A DNA stretch of 64,000 nucleotides from the NCBI GenBank assembly GCA_963776345.1, contig CAVZMH010000019.1:1-64000 (forward strand), in the 5' to 3' direction. The notes under the pieces are model-generated. The model saw only the letters and a list, made by a program, of their open reading frames with translations. It was not told the DNA's origin and did no database searches. The stretch is from an uncultured delta proteobacterium. Lineage in GTDB: Bacteria > Myxococcota > Myxococcia > Myxococcales > Myxococcaceae. Shown here in pieces: positions 40,875-50,567 of the stretch (position 1 is its first letter; each line of letters begins with the position of its first letter). The translations under genes and the position numbers were made by a program.

Positions 40875-43800
40875 CTACCGTCGACCGAAGAGTCGCTTCA
40901 GCCCGCCGATGAGGCCGGCGTCCGGCTGCGGCGGGGCGACGGGCGCCTCCGGCTCGGAGGGTGTCCGGGGCTGAGGCGCGGCCTCCGCCTCCTCGCTCGG
41001 CGCGGGCATCTGGAGCTGCAGGGGCTGACGCTTGCCGCTGGGGTTCGTCGCCGACGCGCGGAGCACGCCATCGGTGTCGAGCGACAGGGTCAGCGTCCAG
41101 TCTCCGGCGCGGTCGGCCGCCGCGCGGAGCAGCCCGAGGAAGCTCCGCGGGTCCGGAGCGCGCGCGGGACCCTGGAACACCTGGACCTCCAGCGGCGTGC
41201 CGAGGCCCAGCGTCACGGTGAGCGTCTTCTCCGCCGGGAGCCGGGTGTTGCGATCCAGCACCCGGACCTGACCCAGCTCCTGGGCGACGATCTCCAGCGG
41301 GACGCCGAGCACCTCGTGCAGCGCGGTGCGCGAGGCGCTCTTCGGCCCGGCCGACACCAGGAGATGGGCGAGCGTCGCCGCGCCGCTCGACGCCGCCGAG
41401 GCGGCGTCCACGTCGGTGCGCGCGGTCCGCCCCATGGCCTCCTCGATCATCCGCCGCACGTGGGGAAGCCGGGTCGCGGTGCCCACCAGGACCAGCTCGT
41501 CCAGCGAGTCGGGGGTGAGCGAGGCCGAGCGCAGCACCTCGCGCGCGAGCAGCACACCGCGCTCCACCAGCGCCGTGGTCCGGGCCTCCAGCTCGGCGCG
41601 GGTCAGCCGGGCGCCGCCCTCGAGGACCGCCTCGGCCACCGAGGCGTCCTCGAGCTGGCGCCGGAGCTGCGCCGCCTCGGCGATGCGCCTGCGGAGCACG
41701 CCGGCGTCCGCCCGCGCTCCCTTGTCCAGGGCCAGCGCGATCTGCTCGTCGAAGTTCACCGACCCGAGCGAGGCATCCCCGGCGCAGGCCACCATGTCCA
41801 GGTCGTCACCCGAGGCGGCGAGAACGGCGATGTCGCAGGTGCTCGCGCCCATCCGCCAGACGAGGATGCGGCGCCGGGCCAGGCCCCGACCGTGGGCGAA
41901 GGCCATCGTCGCCGCGGTCGGCGCCTGGACCAGGCGCACTCCCTCGAAGCCGGCGCGCTCGGCCGCCTCCCGGAGCCGCTCTCGCTGGAGGGTGTTGAAG
42001 GCCACGGGCACGCTGAGCACCACCCGTCCTGCGTGGTGCGAGGTCAGCTCCTCGGCCCGGTGACGGACCCAGCGGAGGAGCGTGGCCACGAGCTCGGTCG
42101 CGCCCACCGTCCCGCCCTCCAGCGCGAACGCGGCCTCGCCCCGGTCGTCGGGGACCACCGCCGCCGGCCAGCGGCGGGCGACGGTGCGGGAGGCGTCCGA
42201 CTCGGCCCGTGTCCCGAGGAAAGGAAGGGGCGCTCCGACCCAGAGCGCCGGCTCGGGAGCGTCGGGCGGGAGCATCCTCGGCGGTGCGCCCGGCTCGCGG
42301 ACCAGGCGCACGGGCATCTCGGCGCGCCCGTGCCCGGTGTCCAGCACGAGGGGCTCGGCGCGGCCGTCGTGGAACCAGGCGACGCGGACCGACTCGGGGT
42401 CGATCTCGACGCCGAGCTCGGCCGTGCCGACCGGCGTCGTGCGCACGGGCGTCGGCGTGGCCTCCGGAGCCGAGGAAGGCGGAAGCGTCCCAGCGCGTGC
42501 CTCGGGGGCGCGGACGAGGGAGGGTGCCGGACGCGGCGCGGCGGGGGCCGGTGGGAGCTCGCGCACCTCGGCCCGTGGCAGGTCCGCGCCGGCCTCGATG
42601 GGCACCGCTCCCTCCTCGAGCGTGGGCGCCTCGTCGAGCGGGGGCGGCGGGGGCGGGACGGGGACCTCGTCGGGAGCCGCCGTCTCCATGGAGAGCAGGA
42701 GTGGGATGGGGGCGGTGGGGCGCTCGTGCACCGAGGCCGGCTGCCCGAGCGCCTGCGCGACCTCGTGGAACGAGGACTCCGGAGGATGGAGCGGCTCATC
42801 CCCGCGCACCGGGGCATCGAGCTGGAACCGGGGTTCCGTCGCAGGTGGCGGCTCGTCGAGCTCGGTGACCACCAGCGTTCCGGCGGGTGGGGTGATCGCG
42901 GCGTGAACGTCCGCCGACGCCCGGGTGTGCTCGAGCCCGGCGGGCCGGAGCGGACCGGGGCCCTTGAACTCGGTGACCACCAGCTCGGGCAGCTGCGAGT
43001 CGTCGAGCGGAGGATGGGGCCCCGTGCTCGTGGTCGGTGGCTCGACCGGAGGAGGAGCCGGGACCTCCACGGGCAGGGCCCGCTCCTCGGGCGCCTGCTC
43101 GCTCGCTGCGGCGAGTGCAGCCGCGGGCGTGGGCGATTCCGCCGTGGTGAAGGAGGCCGGGTGACCCGGAGCCCCGCGGGAGGTGTCCTCGACCGAGGTG
43201 TCGGACACCTCGTCGGCCGGGACCTCGGGAGTGACGGGGACGCTCGCGCGAGCGTGCGCCGCCGCCCAGATCTCGAGCGAGGTGTTCTCGAGCAAGGGGT
43301 TTGGCTCGTCGTGCGCCCCGAGCGAGGCTGGAGTCGAGGCAGCCTCCGCCGAGGCCTCGGACGTCTCGGCGGGCGCCTCCTCCGCCTCCGCCTCCGGCGC
43401 GGCGGCCGGCTCCGGAGCCGCTGCCCTCACCGAGGTGTCAGACACCTCGGACGGCGGCTCCTCCAGCTCCGAGGTGGGGGCCGGTTCCGGCTCCGCCGCC
43501 GTCACCTCGCGGTCCGCGCTCTCCGACGTCTCCGGGGAGCCTTCCGATCCGAAGGCGTCCGCCGGGGAGGTGTCCGCCGGGGAGGTGTCAGACACCTCGG
43601 AGGGGGGCTCCTCCAGGGAGGACACCTCGGCCGGGGAGATCTCCGGGAGGGGCGCCGAGAGGAGCGACTCCTGCGGCGGCTCGGCCTCCGGACGTGTCTC
43701 GCTGGTGGCCGGTGGCTCGGGACGTACAGGCCCGGCGGGTGGCGCCCAGGCCTCGCGATGGGCGGGCACGCCGTCGCGTGTCGGAGTGATCGGCGCGGCG

Positions 43801-44147
43801 CTCGGCCCTGCCGGCGGCTCCCACCCGCTCGGGTGCGCCTGGGTCGCCGTGCGGCTGGAGACGATGCGTTCCACCAGCGCCTTGCCCGCCGCCTCCAGGC
43901 GGAGGAAGCGCAGGGTCATCCCCGGGCGCTCGCCCGAGGCGCTCGACCGCACCACCACCCCCTCGCCGCGCAGGAGCGAGCGGCCGTCGGCGAGCACCAG
44001 GTCGAAGAGGAGCTGCGCCCCGACCGGCTTCGGCGCGCGCGTGGCGAGGAAGAAGCCGTCACGGCCCACGTGGGCGCCGTAATGGGCGGCAAACTCGTCC
44101 TCGCTGCGGAAGGGCAGCCGGACGCGGAGCGGCGTCGGCGCGGACAT
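40875..44147 (-). CDS. TIGR02266/PilZ-like domain + long acidic linker + degenerate Hsp70-like domain
   Basis: N-terminal F...Y..HVGRDGFFLAT...GEGVV...GMTLRF. C-terminal SVPVAFNTLQRERLREAA, APTAATMAF, LVLVGTATRLP, RNTRLP, VFQG. Confidence 0.8.
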   Translation of the reverse strand: MSAPTPLRVRLPFRSEDEFAAHYGAHVGRDGFFLATRAPKPVGAQLLFDLVLADGRSLLRGEGVVVRSSASGERPGMTLRFLRLEAAGKALVERIVSSRTATQAHPSGWEPPAGPSAAPITPTRDGVPAHREAWAPPAGPVRPEPPATSETRPEAEPPQESLLSAPLPEISPAEVSSLEEPPSEVSDTSPADTSPADAFGSEGSPETSESADREVTAAEPEPAPTSELEEPPSEVSDTSVRAAAPEPAAAPEAEAEEAPAETSEASAEAASTPASLGAHDEPNPLLENTSLEIWAAAHARASVPVTPEVPADEVSDTSVEDTSRGAPGHPASFTTAESPTPAAALAAASEQAPEERALPVEVPAPPPVEPPTTSTGPHPPLDDSQLPELVVTEFKGPGPLRPAGLEHTRASADVHAAITPPAGTLVVTELDEPPPATEPRFQLDAPVRGDEPLHPPESSFHEVAQALGQPASVHERPTAPIPLLLSMETAAPDEVPVPPPPPPLDEAPTLEEGAVPIEAGADLPRAEVRELPPAPAAPRPAPSLVRAPEARAGTLPPSSAPEATPTPVRTTPVGTAELGVEIDPESVRVAWFHDGRAEPLVLDTGHGRAEMPVRLVREPGAPPRMLPPDAPEPALWVGAPLPFLGTRAESDASRTVARRWPAAVVPDDRGEAAFALEGGTVGATELVATLLRWVRHRAEELTSHHAGRVVLSVPVAFNTLQRERLREAAERAGFEGVRLVQAPTAATMAFAHGRGLARRRILVWRMGASTCDIAVLAASGDDLDMVACAGDASLGSVNFDEQIALALDKGARADAGVLRRRIAEAAQLRRQLEDASVAEAVLEGGARLTRAELEARTTALVERGVLLAREVLRSASLTPDSLDELVLVGTATRLPHVRRMIEEAMGRTARTDVDAASAASSGAATLAHLLVSAGPKSASRTALHEVLGVPLEIVAQELGQVRVLDRNTRLPAEKTLTVTLGLGTPLEVQVFQGPARAPDPRSFLGLLRAAADRAGDWTLTLSLDTDGVLRASATNPSGKRQPLQLQMPAPSEEAEAAPQPRTPSEPEAPVAPPQPDAGLIGGLKRLFGRR
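43180..43630. repeat. Three copies of the palindrome GAGGTGTC(A/G)GACACCTC plus half-sites
   Basis: Copies at 43195-43211, 43432-43448 and 43582-43598. Confidence 0.85.
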
Positions 44148-44191
44148 TGGCGAGGCTCAAAGATGCCCCGAATCCGGGCACTTCCCAAATC

Positions 44192-46867
44192 CTAGGCTCG
44201 AACCGAGGCCACCAGCTTCTCCACCGCGGCCCCCAGCAGCGTCGGGTCCGCCCCTCCAGCCTGGGCCAGATCCGGCTTCCCGCCCCCCGACCCGCCGGCC
44301 ACCTTCGCCACCTCGCGGACGGCGTCGGCGGCGCTGAACCCGCGGGCCACGATGTCCTTCGTCGCCCCCACCAGGACCATGCCCTTGCCGTCCTTCTCAC
44401 CCCAGACCACCACCACCCCGGAGCGGAGCTTGTCCCGCAGCTGGTCGGCCAGCCCCCGGTAGGCCTTGGCGTCCGCCGGGTCCACCCGCTGGGCGAGCAC
44501 CTTCACCCCGTTCACCTCGCGGGCCTCGGAGAGGACGTCCTTGCCGCTGGTGGCCGAGGCGCGGAGGGACGCCGTCTCGACCTCCTTCTCCAGCTCCTTG
44601 ACCCGCTTCTGCGTCGCCTCCACCCGGCGGGCGAGCTCCTTCGGCGAGGTGCGCAAGAGCTCGGCGGCGCGGCGCACCTCGTGCTCCATCTCCCGCACCC
44701 AGGCCAGCGCGCCGGAGCCGGTGAGGGCCACGATGCGCCGCACGCCCGAGGCGATGCCGCCCTCGGAGGTGATCTTGAACAGCCCGATGTCGCCGGTGCG
44801 GCGGACGTGCGTGCCTCCGCACAGCTCCGTGGACTGCGGGTGCACGCTGACCACCCGGACCCGCTCGCCGTACTTCTCGCCGAACAGCGCCACCGCGCCG
44901 GCCCGCTTCGCCTCGTCCAGCGCCATCACCTTGGTCTCGGCACCGGCGTTGTCGCGGATCCACCCGTTGACCAGGTCCTCCGCCTGCTCCAGCTGCGAGG
45001 CGGTGGGCTGCGAGAAGTGCGAGTAGTCGAACCGGAGGTGGTCGGGCGCGACCACCGAGCCCGCCTGCTTCACGTGGTCGCCGAGGACGATCTTCAGCGC
45101 CCGGTGGAGCAGGTGGGTCGCCGAGTGGTTGGCGCGGATGGCGCTCCGCCGCTGCCCGTCGACGGACAGCTGCACCATGTCGCCCGCCCGGATCGTCCCG
45201 CTCGCGACCTGGACCTCGTGCACCACCAGGCCGGGCACCGGCTTCTTCGCATCGAGCACCTGGGCCTCGGCCTTGCCGCCGTGCCCGAGGATGCGCCCGG
45301 TGTCGCCCACCTGGCCGCCGGACTCGCCGTAGAAGGGGGTCCGGTCGGTGACGAGCTGGCCCTTCTCGCCGGCGCGGAGCTCGGGGACCTCGCGCCCCTC
45401 CTTCACCAGCGCCACCACGGTGCCCTCGCCCTCGTGGCCCTCGCCCTCGTAGCCGAGGAACGCCGTGTCCCCCAGCCGCGTCTGGAGTGCCGGCCAGAGG
45501 TCCGCGACTGCCTTCTCGCCCGAGCCGCCGAAGGTCCCGCGCTGCCGCTGGGCGTCCATCAGCTGCTCGTAGCGGTCCAGGTCCACGTCGAAGCCACGCT
45601 CGCGGGCGATGATCTGCGTCAGGTCCCAGGGGAACCCGTGCGTGTCGTGGAGGAGGAAGACCACGTCGCCCGAGAGCACCTTCTTGCCGCGGGCCTGGAC
45701 CATCTCCTCGTCGATGAGGCGCAGCCCGCGGGCGAGCGTCCGGCGGAAGGACTCCTCCTCGTGCCGCGTGGCCTCGAGCACGAAGCTCTCGTTCTCCTGG
45801 AGCTCGGGGTACGCGCCGCGCATCTCCTGCACCACCACCTTCACCACCTCGTGCAGGAACGGCTCCTCGAGGCCGAGCCGGGAACCGTGACGGATGGCCC
45901 TCCGCATGATCCGCCGGAGCACGTAGCCGCGGCCCTCGTTGGAGGGCTGCACGCCATCCGAGACGAGAAACGCGGTGGTCCGCGCGTGATCGGCGATGAC
46001 CCGCATCGACGCGTCGTCCGCCGGGTCGCGCCCGTACGTCCTTCGGGAGAGGTCGGCCGCCCGGGCCAGCAGCGGCACGAACTGGTCGGTGTCGTAGTTG
46101 CTTCGCTTGCCCTGCACGATGGCGCTCATTCGCTCCAGGCCGGCGCCGGTGTCGATCGAGGGGCGAGGCAGCGGCTCGAGCGGACTGTCCTTCTCCTTCC
46201 GCTCGAACTGCATGAAGACCAGGTTCCAGAACTCCACCCAGCGGTCGCACTCGCAGGCCACGCCCAGGCAGGCACGGCCCGCCGCCACCTCGGCGCAGGG
46301 CAGGTCGTCACCCTGGAAGTAGTGCAGCTCGGAGCAGGGGCCACATGGGCCGGTGTCCCCCATGGCCCAGAAGTTGTCGCGGTAGCCGAGCCGGTGGATG
46401 CGCGATTCCGGCACGCCGACCCGCTTCCAGAGCCGGGCCGCCTCCTCGTCCCAGGGGATGCCCCGCTCGCCGTTGAAGACCGTGGCCGCCAGCCGGTCCG
46501 GGGAGAACCCCAGGTCCCGAGTGACGAACTCCCAGGCAAACTGGACCGCGTCCTCCTTGAAGTAGTCCCCGAAGGAGAAGTTCCCCAGCATCTCGAAGAA
46601 GGTGTGGTGCCGCCCGGTGAAGCCGACGTTGTCCAGGTCGTTGTGCTTGCCCCCCGCGCGCACGCACTTCTGCGACGAGGTGGCGCGCCGGTACGGCCGC
46701 GACTCGCGCCCGGTGAAGACGTCCTTGAACTGCACCATGCCGGCGTTGGTGAACAGCAGACTGGGGTCGTCGAACGGGACGAGGGACGAGCTGGCCACCC
46801 GCCGGTGACCCCGGGTTTCGAAGTAGGAGAGGAAGGCTTCGCGGACCTGTGCGGCGGTGCGGACCAT
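44192..46867 (-). CDS. alaS: Alanine-tRNA ligase
   Basis: FTNAGMVQFK, HHTFFEMLGNFSFGDYFK, IDTGAGLER, NHSATHLLH, ELCGGTH, GGGKPDLAQAGG. Confidence 0.98.
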   Translation of the reverse strand: MVRTAAQVREAFLSYFETRGHRRVASSSLVPFDDPSLLFTNAGMVQFKDVFTGRESRPYRRATSSQKCVRAGGKHNDLDNVGFTGRHHTFFEMLGNFSFGDYFKEDAVQFAWEFVTRDLGFSPDRLAATVFNGERGIPWDEEAARLWKRVGVPESRIHRLGYRDNFWAMGDTGPCGPCSELHYFQGDDLPCAEVAAGRACLGVACECDRWVEFWNLVFMQFERKEKDSPLEPLPRPSIDTGAGLERMSAIVQGKRSNYDTDQFVPLLARAADLSRRTYGRDPADDASMRVIADHARTTAFLVSDGVQPSNEGRGYVLRRIMRRAIRHGSRLGLEEPFLHEVVKVVVQEMRGAYPELQENESFVLEATRHEEESFRRTLARGLRLIDEEMVQARGKKVLSGDVVFLLHDTHGFPWDLTQIIARERGFDVDLDRYEQLMDAQRQRGTFGGSGEKAVADLWPALQTRLGDTAFLGYEGEGHEGEGTVVALVKEGREVPELRAGEKGQLVTDRTPFYGESGGQVGDTGRILGHGGKAEAQVLDAKKPVPGLVVHEVQVASGTIRAGDMVQLSVDGQRRSAIRANHSATHLLHRALKIVLGDHVKQAGSVVAPDHLRFDYSHFSQPTASQLEQAEDLVNGWIRDNAGAETKVMALDEAKRAGAVALFGEKYGERVRVVSVHPQSTELCGGTHVRRTGDIGLFKITSEGGIASGVRRIVALTGSGALAWVREMEHEVRRAAELLRTSPKELARRVEATQKRVKELEKEVETASLRASATSGKDVLSEAREVNGVKVLAQRVDPADAKAYRGLADQLRDKLRSGVVVVWGEKDGKGMVLVGATKDIVARGFSAADAVREVAKVAGGSGGGKPDLAQAGGADPTLLGAAVEKLVASVRA

Positions 46868-46911
46868 GGAAGCCCTGCATATAACGTCTGCTAGGCTCCA
46901 GGCCTCACGCC

Positions 46912-47676
46912 GTGTGCGACCTCCCCCTCGCTCTCCCCGCGCGGACCCTCCGGACGGTGGCCCTCGGGGTGGTGCTCCTCGGGGGAGTGGCGCTGGCCGA
47001 CGACGACCCCCGCCTCACCTTCCTCGCCCGGCAGCTCGGCACGGCGACGGACCCCCGTGTCCGGGCCCAGGCTGCCCTGACCCTGGGGACCACCGAGGCC
47101 CCCGGAGCGCTCGGCCCGCTCTGCACCGCCCTGGCGGACCCGGTCCCCCTGGTCCGCGGCGCGGTCGCGCGCTCGCTGCCGGAGCTCCACGACCTGGGCG
47201 CCCTGGACTGCCTCGCCCCGCACGCCACCGACCCCGCCCCCGACGCGCAGACCGAGATTCACCGGGCGCTCGCCCTGCTCCGGAAGGTGAAGGAGCGCAC
47301 GCCCACGGTGGACGTCTGGGTGGATCCGGTGCGTGACCCGTCGACGCCGCCCCTGGGCGAGGTGCTCTGCGGCGAGGCCCGCACCCGGCTGGTGAAGCGC
47401 CTGGCCTGGTCCGGAGCCCGGAGCGACAGGGTCGAGTCGGCGCCGAAGGCGGCCGCGCACGGCACGCCGGCGTATCTGCTGCAGCCGACGCTGCTTCGCG
47501 CCGACGGCGGCGCCCTGGTGCTGGCGGCGGTGTGCCTCACCTGGCCGAGCAAGCAGATCCTGGGCGAGGTGCGGGTGAAGGGGAGCGGGGCAAGGCCGGC
47601 GGACCTCATCCCCGCGCTGGTGCCCCGGCTCATCCAGGACGCGGCAAGCACGTTCGAGTGGGAGCTGGCTCCCTGA
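46912..47676 (+). CDS. Exported HEAT-repeat protein
   Basis: Signal peptide, DPRVRAQAALTLG, LADPVPLVRGAVARSL. Confidence 0.7.
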   Translation: MCDLPLALPARTLRTVALGVVLLGGVALADDDPRLTFLARQLGTATDPRVRAQAALTLGTTEAPGALGPLCTALADPVPLVRGAVARSLPELHDLGALDCLAPHATDPAPDAQTEIHRALALLRKVKERTPTVDVWVDPVRDPSTPPLGEVLCGEARTRLVKRLAWSGARSDRVESAPKAAAHGTPAYLLQPTLLRADGGALVLAAVCLTWPSKQILGEVRVKGSGARPADLIPALVPRLIQDAASTFEWELAP

Positions 47677-47687
47677 GGGAGGCGATC

Positions 47688-48383
47688 ATGGCGTCACGGC
47701 AGAGACGGCTCCGCAACTACCTGCTCGACGCGCCGATGCAGCTGCGCTTCACGGCGGTGCTGGTGCTGGCGACGCTGCTCGGGGCAGGGCTCCTCGGCAT
47801 CTTCCTCGCCCGGGCGCTGAACCGGCTGGCCGAGCAGGCCGAGCGGGCGGTCGAGGCGCGAGCCGCGGCGGCCCAGGCGAGCCACGAGCTGGGGAACGCG
47901 TCGCTGTCGAAGACCCTGCTCGAGCGCTTCAACGACCCGGAGTTCACCGCCCAGCTCGAGCGCCAGTCGCGCACCATCGACGCCGCGTACCAGGCCGAGC
48001 AGGCCCAGGTCGCCGAGCAGCGCCGGGAGGTGGCACGCGAGTCGAGGCGGATCGGCTGGCTGGTGGTGCTCTCGGTGCTGGCCTTCGCGCTCGCGGTGCT
48101 GCTCCTGGGCATCGTGGTCACCCACCGCATCGCCGGGCCGGTCTTCCGGGTGCGGCGCCTCCTCGACGACCTCGGCGAGGGACGGCGCGACGTGCCCCTT
48201 CACGGGCTCCGCGACGGTGACGAGCTGCGCGAGCTGTTCGACGCCGCGTCGTCGCTGGTGAAGACGCTCCGGGCCGAGGACGAGGCGACGTTCGAGGCGG
48301 TGTCGGCGGCGCTCGTCTCCCCGGTGCAGACCGAGGGGCTCCGGCAGGTGCACGACCGGCTCGCGGTGCGGCTCGCGCGCTGA
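47688..48383 (+). CDS. Two-TM HAMP-domain membrane protein
   Basis: RRLRNYLLD..Q, two TM helices, THRIAGPVFR...LRDGDEL. Confidence 0.75.
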   Translation: MASRQRRLRNYLLDAPMQLRFTAVLVLATLLGAGLLGIFLARALNRLAEQAERAVEARAAAAQASHELGNASLSKTLLERFNDPEFTAQLERQSRTIDAAYQAEQAQVAEQRREVARESRRIGWLVVLSVLAFALAVLLLGIVVTHRIAGPVFRVRRLLDDLGEGRRDVPLHGLRDGDELRELFDAASSLVKTLRAEDEATFEAVSAALVSPVQTEGLRQVHDRLAVRLAR

Positions 48384-48405
48384 GCCCCCCGGCGAGAGCG
48401 GCCCC

Positions 48406-49398
48406 TCAGGTGCTCGGAGCAGCCTGGTCGGAGATCTGCTCCCAGGAGATGAGCGCGTGCAGCGGGACCAGCACCTCGGCCCCCGCCGACCCGAGCACCA
48501 GGTCGTAGGGACCCACCGAGAGCAGCGTCTCCTCGATCGCGAAGCCGTTCCGGAGCACGAGCCGGACGCGCCCGCCCACCGCCGGAAGGAATGGCCGAGG
48601 GTCCGAGTGCGGCCGCCGGTCCGGCTCGCGCGCCACCGGCACCGGCTTCTGCGCCAGCCGGGAGTCCCGCTGGAGCCGCGGCAGCAGCACGTCCCAGGTC
48701 GTCCGCCGCGCCAGCGCGCACACCGCGAGCTTCTCCACCCTGCCGGAGCGCTCGAGCACGAACGCCACCGGGTGCGTCTGCAGCAGCACGTCGAGCAGCG
48801 TCCGGTCGGCGAGCACGAACGCCAGCGGCGCCTTGTCCGTCGCCGCAGCCGAGAGCCATCCGTCCACCTGGGCGGCGGAGACGGCGCCGCGCGCCTCCTT
48901 CACCGTCGCCTTGGCGCGGGTCCTCGCCTGCCGGGCGCGGAACTGCTCCAGCGTGAGCCCCGACTGGAGCAGCCCGAAGGCCTCGGCGAGGTCGAGCCCC
49001 GCGTGCTGGGCCATCAGCGCGTAGGCCTGATCGAACCGGCGGGCCTCCTCGGCGTGGAGCTTCCGCCAGATGCGGACGCGCATCTTCCCTTCCAGCTCGC
49101 CCTTGGCGATGCGGGCCGGGACGTGCTCCCTGGCGGCGAGCGCGGTGATGGCCTCGGCGGTCGGTGGCGTGGAGGGGCCGCGCGGCGGCGGCCGCCCGTG
49201 CGGAGCGGCTCCGGGGCGCAGGGGTGGGCGTGGCGGACGGGGGGTGGTGGACGTCGGGCGGACCGGTGCGGGCCCGGCGCCCGCCGTGGGCGTGGGCGCG
49301 GATGAGGGCGAAGGCGAGGGCGAGGGCGGGCCGGTGGCGGGCGCGGGGCGCCGGACCACCTCGACCATCGGTGGACGCCGGCCCTTGCGGTCAGCCAT
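48406..49398 (-). CDS. Hypothetical protein, Pro-rich N-terminus, two putative Hfq/LSm-like domains
   Basis: C-terminal RVRLVLRNG...LLSVGPYDLVL...VLVPLHAL resembles the Sm1/Sm2 pattern. Confidence 0.5.
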   Translation of the reverse strand: MADRKGRRPPMVEVVRRPAPATGPPSPSPSPSSAPTPTAGAGPAPVRPTSTTPRPPRPPLRPGAAPHGRPPPRGPSTPPTAEAITALAAREHVPARIAKGELEGKMRVRIWRKLHAEEARRFDQAYALMAQHAGLDLAEAFGLLQSGLTLEQFRARQARTRAKATVKEARGAVSAAQVDGWLSAAATDKAPLAFVLADRTLLDVLLQTHPVAFVLERSGRVEKLAVCALARRTTWDVLLPRLQRDSRLAQKPVPVAREPDRRPHSDPRPFLPAVGGRVRLVLRNGFAIEETLLSVGPYDLVLGSAGAEVLVPLHALISWEQISDQAAPST

Positions 49399-49795
49399 CC
49401 CCGGACGTCTCCAGGACGGGGATGGAGACGCGCCAGTGCCCTGCCTCTCGGACCAGGTGGACCTCCTGCACCGCGCCGTGGGCGGTGACCGCCAGCACCG
49501 CCGTCCGGCCGTCGTCGGAGCGCACCGACACCTGGGCCGGGTCAGGAGGCCTCGGCTCGGCGAGGAGGAGATCCACCGGGGTGGGGCGGAGGGTGCCGCC
49601 GCTCGTCCTGGCGAGCTCCTCGGCCCGCGCGGTCAGCGCGGTGCGACTCTTCTCGGAGAGCAGGGCCAGGGTGCGCGCCTCGTCGTCCCGTTGCACCGCC
49701 GAGAGCAGGCTCCGGTACGCGTCCACCGGCGTGTCGTCGGGGAAGCGGTGACAACCGGCGCTGGCCAGGAGCAGCAGGGCGAGGAGGCGGGGCAC
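49391..49795 (-). CDS. Lipoprotein (NTF2-like fold possible)
   Basis: Lipobox LASAGC, C-terminal LVREAGHWRV. Confidence 0.65.
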   Translation of the reverse strand: MPRLLALLLLASAGCHRFPDDTPVDAYRSLLSAVQRDDEARTLALLSEKSRTALTARAEELARTSGGTLRPTPVDLLLAEPRPPDPAQVSVRSDDGRTAVLAVTAHGAVQEVHLVREAGHWRVSIPVLETSGDG

Positions 49796-49871
49796 GGCGG
49801 GGGCGCATCGTCCGGCAGGCGCGGCCGGCGCACAAGCGGAGAAACGCGAAGGGGGGCTGCCAGGTAGCGAC

Positions 49872-50492
49872 TCAGCGCTTGACCAGGCGAGCCCTGTACA
49901 CCGGCTCTCCGCTGGCGAGGTAGCGGCGCTCCCGGCTGCTGGGGACTTCCTCGGGGTCTGGCGGATGGAAGGCGCCGGGGCCGAGCGGGTTGTGCCAGCC
50001 GGCCGCCTCCAGGGCCTCGAGCATCTCCTCGGCCCGCGCCCGGACGTCCGTCCGGAGATCGAACACCGCGCCAGGGGCGGCCAGGTCCAGGAGGAGGGCG
50101 GCGAACGCGGGGGTGAGGATGGCGCGCTTGCGGTGCGCCCGCTTCCACCACGGGTCCGGGAACTGGAGGTGGATGCCCGAGAGGCTGCTCGGGGCGAAGA
50201 GGCGGGGGATGATCGCCCGGGCGTCCGCCTCGACCACCCGGAGGTTCGCGAGGCTGCGCGTCCGGGCCCGGTGCTCGAGCTCGCGGGCGTACTTCTTCCG
50301 CCATTCGATCGCCACGTACCGCACCTCGGGGTGCCGGGCGGCGTAGCCCAGGGCGAAGGCCCCGGCCCCGGAGCCGATCTCCAGCTCCAGGCCCCCGGGG
50401 CGGCCGAAGACGGCGCTCCAGTCCGGAGGAGTCGGCAGGGTAAGGAACTCGGCGCCGGCCGGTTCGGGGCGAAGAAGTGGACCTCGGGTCAT
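49872..50492 (-). CDS. trmB: tRNA (guanine-N7)-methyltransferase
   Basis: LEIGSGAG, AIEWR, FPDPWWKRAHRKR, RTDV, SSRERRY. Confidence 0.92.
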   Translation of the reverse strand: MTRGPLLRPEPAGAEFLTLPTPPDWSAVFGRPGGLELEIGSGAGAFALGYAARHPEVRYVAIEWRKKYARELEHRARTRSLANLRVVEADARAIIPRLFAPSSLSGIHLQFPDPWWKRAHRKRAILTPAFAALLLDLAAPGAVFDLRTDVRARAEEMLEALEAAGWHNPLGPGAFHPPDPEEVPSSRERRYLASGEPVYRARLVKR

Positions 50493-50567
50493 CGGGGCGT
50501 GATGGCGGAGACTCGGTTTCCGCCATGAGGGACTCGGCCGTGTACCACGTGCTACAGGGCGGGCCAC

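Noticed and set aside
38679..44195. 1838-aa + strand ORF and other long ORFs such as 35795-38659, 44147-46894, 14579-16477 and 21071-23392
   Set aside because: Antisense or off-frame shadows of real high-GC genes, with Arg/Gly/Pro-rich translations and no motifs.
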